Under the pieces are notes generated by a model. The model did not search any database, was not told the DNA's origin, and worked only from the letters and a program-made list of their open reading frames with translations. Below, piece by piece: positions 59,151 through 64,000 of a DNA stretch of 64,000 bases. The DNA lies in contig JAIVFI010000013.1 in the NCBI GenBank assembly GCA_025558095.1, positions 248,001-312,000 of the forward strand, written 5' to 3'. Position numbers and translations under genes: made by a program. Positions within the stretch are counted from its first letter, which is position 1. Every line of letters begins with the position of its first letter. This DNA is from Hyaloraphidium curvatum SAG 235-1 (lineage: Eukaryota > Fungi > Monoblepharomycota).

Positions 59151-60575
59151 TCATCGCGATGCTGCGGAGCGTTTCAAGTCCCATAACTGAAAGTCCAGGA
59201 TTGGGCGCTTCCAATGTTGCTCCAGCCTCGCGTTGAGGGTGTTCAGGCCGTCGCTCCAGGACGTCTTGAGGAGCTCCAGCACCCTGTCCTTCTCCACGTA
59301 TCTCTCCCGGATCCACGTCTCCAGCCCTTCATCCGTGGTCGGCAAATCCTCCAGCAAGAAGCGCCGCACATGCACGTGTGCGCGGTATTCGGATGCGAGG
59401 TCGTGTGTATGCACCCGCACCAGGGACGGACGCACCCCGAAACCTTTCCGCTTGCTGTAGTATGCCTGGCATCGCACGATTAGAAGACCAGTGAGCGGAT
59501 GCAACAAGCGGTACCTACCAGCGTAAAGTCGTAGACCGCCTTGACGTGCGACCCACGCATGGCCTGGACGGTAGCGATGAATCCGCGAGTCCGCGGGAGC
59601 AGAACGTTGTTGAGGATCGGCAAATCCTTCTTCTTGGCAAAGTTTTGGCTCTGAAGAATGGGACACGTCGATGGGTGGTCCAGGACTCTGGGAATTCACG
59701 AACCTCGACGAGCTTGTGGGGCCGTATCCGCGTCCCCTCAAGGAAACTGACGAGCCATACCGGGATCTCCATTTCCTTGATGCGGGAGAAGGTGCGCTCC
59801 ACCTTTTCCTTGTCTTCCGTCCAGTTCCTCTTCATGAAGATGAAGCCTGCGGGATCGGGACCGCAGTTCAGCCCGCACTCTCCACCGAAGCCCGTGGCAC
59901 CGCAGTACTCGCCCATCATCCACATCCCCCAGCCAAACGCCGGGATCCACTTCAAACTGTCCTTAGCGAAGTACTTGCAGTTGGGGAGCATGCCCCGACG
60001 AATGGCGACAGAGTGGATCAACACTGCATCAGGGGGGCAGGTGCTGTGAGAATCGAAACCGAGAAAACCTTCCGCGACTACGAACGGAAGTCGGAGAACG
60101 AGACGTGATTCGAAAAGACGATGGCCGATTCGGCATCCGGAATCACGTCGCCGCTGAACGTGAGCGGCAGGTGGTGGATCCCTTCTGCGGTGTACTGGAG
60201 CATGGTCCACACGATGCCGGCACCCATGGAAGACATCTCCATGTTCCATCTGGGTTGGAGACGTTCCGGGCGTTCAGGGATCAAGTGACAGGCGCGCGTC
60301 AACGCGGATACCGACCGCCGCGTGAATGGCAGTATCGGCAACGTCACGATCTGCGAGTTGCGCGTCAGTCGATGGCTACGCGGGCGTCGCGCGGACGCGA
60401 TGAGTCCGGTGCTCACCTGGAGGACGTTGCAGAACAGTGCAAAGCTGCGGGCGACATTGTCCCGATTCAGAGACCGCAGGGCCCCGGTCGCGCCGATCGC
60501 TCACATCGTCACCGCAGAACCCAGGACAGCCGCCCGCGCCACGTAGGAGGCCGTGTTCACGACGGCGGTGGCCAT
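59151..60575 (-). CDS. Lysophospholipid acyltransferase (AGPAT/LCLAT1/Cst26-like)
   Basis: Catalytic SNHVSFSD (NHX4D), FAKDSLKWIP.FGWGM, FIFMKRNW, FLEGTR and VYDFTL. Confidence 0.9.
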
Positions 60576-61108
60576 TTTGGCGTGTGACAGTGATGTTCGC
60601 GCGCGAGTTGGGCGCGGGCGACGCGACCGCCCGGACGCGACGACAAACAGCTCCCCGCAAACAAAGAGGCGGTCACCATCAGCGGTCGCCATCAGCCCCG
60701 TTGCTGGCCCTCGGCGGGTACAGATTGCGGCACCGGAGAGTCAAAGGGTGAGAATTGATGGATTCGGAACACTTTCAAGAATGCGAGGAGCACAAGATGA
60801 ACTTCAGTTCAATCCATTCTCTGATTTGCCGAGCTCCGCACCGCCTTGTGGAAGCGCGCGAGAAGTCTCTCGCCCGGATGCCTGCATCGTGGTGCGGACA
60901 GGCCGGGCCGGCACGTCTGATGGGGACCGAAGCTGTGGCGACGTGTCTTCCGGCAAGACTTGGCCCGGCCTCTGAGGTGGCGGACCGACAACGACTACTC
61001 TGAGCTCCAGAGCAATTGCTTTGCTCTGACTAAAGTCGTTCTTGACCATTAAGTCTAATCATCGCTCCCATTCGCAGGGCGGGTTGCAGCCCCTCGTGGA
61101 CGGGCCCC

Positions 61109-62000
61109 ATGGTGGTGGACACCCTTGCTTCGCTTTTGCGGAAGCGGCATCCGACTTGGGAGCATGTCGACGATCTACGGACAATGAAGAGCTCGCTTGG
61201 GGGCTCCTGGTACCTATCGCCACGGAGGCACGTCGTCGAGCTCATCGGCTTCAGCGTCCTTTTCACGACGACGTTTCTGTGGACCTACGGGCTCGCGCTG
61301 CAGCCCGGGGGACGCATCGATGCCGCTTTGCAAGAGGGCCTTCTGTCGGCACGGCATCACTCGACGGACAAGCTGTGGGCGGGTCTGCTTGCAGGGTCCT
61401 TGTGCGTCGTCTCGATCCACAAGTACCTCCGCGGAGGTGGTCTCTTTCTCCTGCAACCGTGCCACGTGTCTGCAACCGCCCTAATTTGGGTTCTGCTCGC
61501 TGATCCGAAAGCTGCGCTGCCTCACGTTGCTTTCAACATCCTGATTTCGGCACAGTGGGGCGGGTGGATGGCTGTGCTTTTCCCGGACCTCCGCGACTAC
61601 AAACTGCCCTGCGAGATCGAAAACTTCTGGCTCGAGCACGGCCTCGTCTGTGGCCTGCCGTTGCTTCTGATCGCGACCGGCCGCTTCATCGTATTCCCAT
61701 TGGACGTGATGTTCACCACGGCCGCCTTCCTCTTCAACGGGGCCTTCCACTCAGTGGTTCTGCATGCTGTCGCCCTTCTTTCTGGGTTTAACATCAACTA
61801 CCAAATAAATCCGCCGCCAGTGCGGGTTGTTGAACGACTCGGCAAGAACTACAAGGTGGGGGTGGTGGCGGGGGTGACCCCTGGCAAAGCCCTGATCCCT
61901 CCTTCAGGCAATCATGTACCTCTTCACTTGGCTTGTGACCCTTGCCACGCGCTACATCGCGGTCGAAGCGCTTCTGCAGCTGACAAAGGGGCTGCGATAG
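61109..62000 (+). CDS. TMEM164-family membrane protein; start may lie further upstream
   Basis: WYLSPRRHVVEL, FLLQPCHV, AVLFPD..EIENFWLEH and multiple TM helices; last exon after intron 61855-61907. Confidence 0.75.
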
Positions 62001-62088
62001 GTTCTCCATGTGGGACACCTCTTTGCTACCCAGTAATCGCGGACATATTCGTGCGCGCAAAGTGCTCGACCACCAAGGATTGAATTTT

Positions 62089-63209
62089 CTACACGGATCG
62101 TATCCGATCTGCTATCTCGGCCCACTTCCGCTCGGCGGTTTCAAACCACTGCAGGTGGGCGTCACCGAACTGCTTGCCAAGCTCCATGAGCCTAAGGTTT
62201 TGTTCCGAGAACCCATCCAGGGCACTCCTCATCTGCCCTTTCGTCGGTTTCTCGCCGATGATCGCCGCGAACTCGTCGATCCCCTCGGAAAGCGCGCGGC
62301 AACAGTCTGCCACCTCATCGACAAGCGCGATCTCGGCCTCGGATTCCTCGTCACTCTCGACCAGGCAGCGCTTCTTTAGTTTCTGAAACACCATCCTAAT
62401 CAGCTTCAAGAGATTGGTCCCTTGCTGGGCGACCTGGCTGCGCTCTTCCGGCCCGTACGGTTCATCCTCCAATCCCAGGTCGGCAACAGCGTCGGCGACG
62501 GAGTCCGTCGAAGAAGGACCTTCATGGTCGTCTTCGTCGCTGTCCGAATCGTCCTCCCCATCTCCTTCGACGTCGTTCGATTCGACCTCGGCGATCGCAT
62601 CGTCCAAAAGTTCCAGCAAATCCGAAAGCTCCTTCGCGGCCAGGGCCTTGCCAGAGAGCGGCGTCGACTTCAGCTTCGCCGCAAGGTCCCACACCTGACC
62701 CGTGGTAGCAAAGGAAGGCTTCCGGTGGCCCGCCTTGATCTGCTCGATGTGGCCGTGGACCAGCGCAGCCAGCGCGGCGAGCAGGTCAAAGGTGATTTCC
62801 TTTAGCGTCCTCGAGAGCTGGCGCCCCCGGGAAGCTGGAATGGCATCAACGATGCAAAAGGTCCGTTCAACGATGCCGTAGAGATCGTTGCAGAGCACGG
62901 CCGCCGACCTCCGGTCGTAAGGCGGTTCGTTCAAGAAGATGCCTAGTTTCGTTGTGTTGTGGGCGAGCAGGGAAGCCTCGCGATCTGAAATCAGCCGTCA
63001 GAATGCCAGAGCCTAGTGAAGGAAGAGCTCGGGAACACACCGAGCTGCCTTCGCACGTCCGTGGGGTCGAAGCTGTCGAACGCCGTGGAGGGCTGTGGGG
63101 CGTCGGACTTCATGGCCAAAGCCACGGCTGCCAGCTTGTCGAGCAAATCCTGCAGCTCGTCTACGATCTCGCTCGGCGGCGAAGACGCCGCTGGTTTCCG
63201 AGGCGGCAT
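62089..63209 (-). CDS. GCIP/CCNDBP1-like helical protein
   Basis: AHNTTKLGI, TTGQVWDLA, LLDDAIAEVE followed by an acidic tract, and LSEGIDEFAA, typical of the Grap2/cyclin-D-interacting family. Confidence 0.7.
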
Positions 63210-63301
63210 CGTTTGCGTTGTTTGCCTTTGTTTACGGCTTACGAACATCTCTCCCCAAAACCTTTCACGTCGTCCCCGTTTGCAGGCGCCTGATCGGCTC
63301 G

Positions 63302-64000
63302 ATGATCCGGGTCGCGAAGCCCAAGAATGCGCGCTCGAAGCGGGCGCTGGAAAAGAGGGAGCCCAAGCTAGTGGAAAATGCCAAGAACGCACTGTTCGTA
63401 CGAGGAACGACAACCAACGGCGTGGTGAACGAGGCTCTCCGGGACCTGGTGGGACTCGCGGCCTTGCTTCTCTGCCTCGGAGCCTCCGTCCTTACCCTTC
63501 GCCCGGCCAGTGCTCGCTCAAGAAACCGCACGGCTTGCTCTTCTCGAAGCGGAACGACGTGCACCCCTTCGACGACGTCACACCCCTCCATTTCCTGTCT
63601 GAAAAGAACGATGCCTCCCTTGTGGTCGTCGGGACACACTCGAAGAAACGGCCATCGAACCTCGTCTTTGCCCGCATGTTCAACCACGAGGTTTTGGACT
63701 TGATCGAGCTCGGCGTCCTGAACTGGAAGCCCATGAGCGCCTTTGCCGCCGTCAAGGCCGCGGTCGGTCTGAAGCCGCTGATGGTGTTCAGCGGGGACAT
63801 TTTCGACCAGCGCGAGGACTACGCGAAGCTAAAGAACATGCTTCTGGACTTTTTCCGCGGCGAGGAGGTGGACAAAATCAGCCTCAGCGGGCTGGAGTAC
63901 GTCATCTCCATCACGGCCGAAGCGCACGAGCCGCCGCGGCTGCTCGGGAGGGTGTTTTTCCGCGTGTACACGGTGACGCTAAAGAAGTCGGGAGTACGGT
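63302..64000 (+). CDS. RPF2: Brix-domain ribosome biogenesis protein Rpf2 (5' part; runs off the window)
   Basis: MIRVAKPKNARSKRALEKREPKLVEN, HPFDD, KNDASL, HSKKRPSNL, LDLIELG and LLDFFRGE. Confidence 0.95.

Noticed and set aside
60755-61003. 82-aa ORF upstream of the TMEM164-like gene
   Set aside because: No motif or codon-bias support. It may be UTR or an unrecognised first exon.

Overview
A GC-rich, very compact eukaryotic window, most likely from an early-diverging fungus (inferred from the gene set, 45-65 bp spliceosomal introns and 10-250 bp intergenic gaps). It holds about 33 intron-containing housekeeping genes, including RPC1, an INTS4-like gene, STT3, NOP53, PP2A-B55, MOG1, ARP2, CWC15, VPS24, MVP1, an FBXO9/HRT3-like gene, AKR1, SQT1, ALG14, two mitoribosomal genes, a LIM-RhoGAP, NOP12, U2AF2, MUS81, SIL1, PET117, ATP4 and RPF2. 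The outlier is a ~10 kb block (~23.4-33.4 kb) between the F-box gene and AKR1. After manual splicing it encodes a ~2,800-codon reading frame, interrupted by two apparent frameshifts. The frame joins an N-terminal XPG/FEN1-type (PIN + H3TH) nuclease, a possible uracil-DNA-glycosylase-like insert and a C-terminal Fanzor/TnpB-like RuvC-zinc-finger module whose RuvC-III aspartate appears replaced by Asn. A hairpin-rich non-coding stretch follows it (candidate omega/guide RNA scaffold) and a 50-bp tandem duplication precedes it. All calls come from motif recognition by eye; no searches were run, and exon boundaries are manual predictions.
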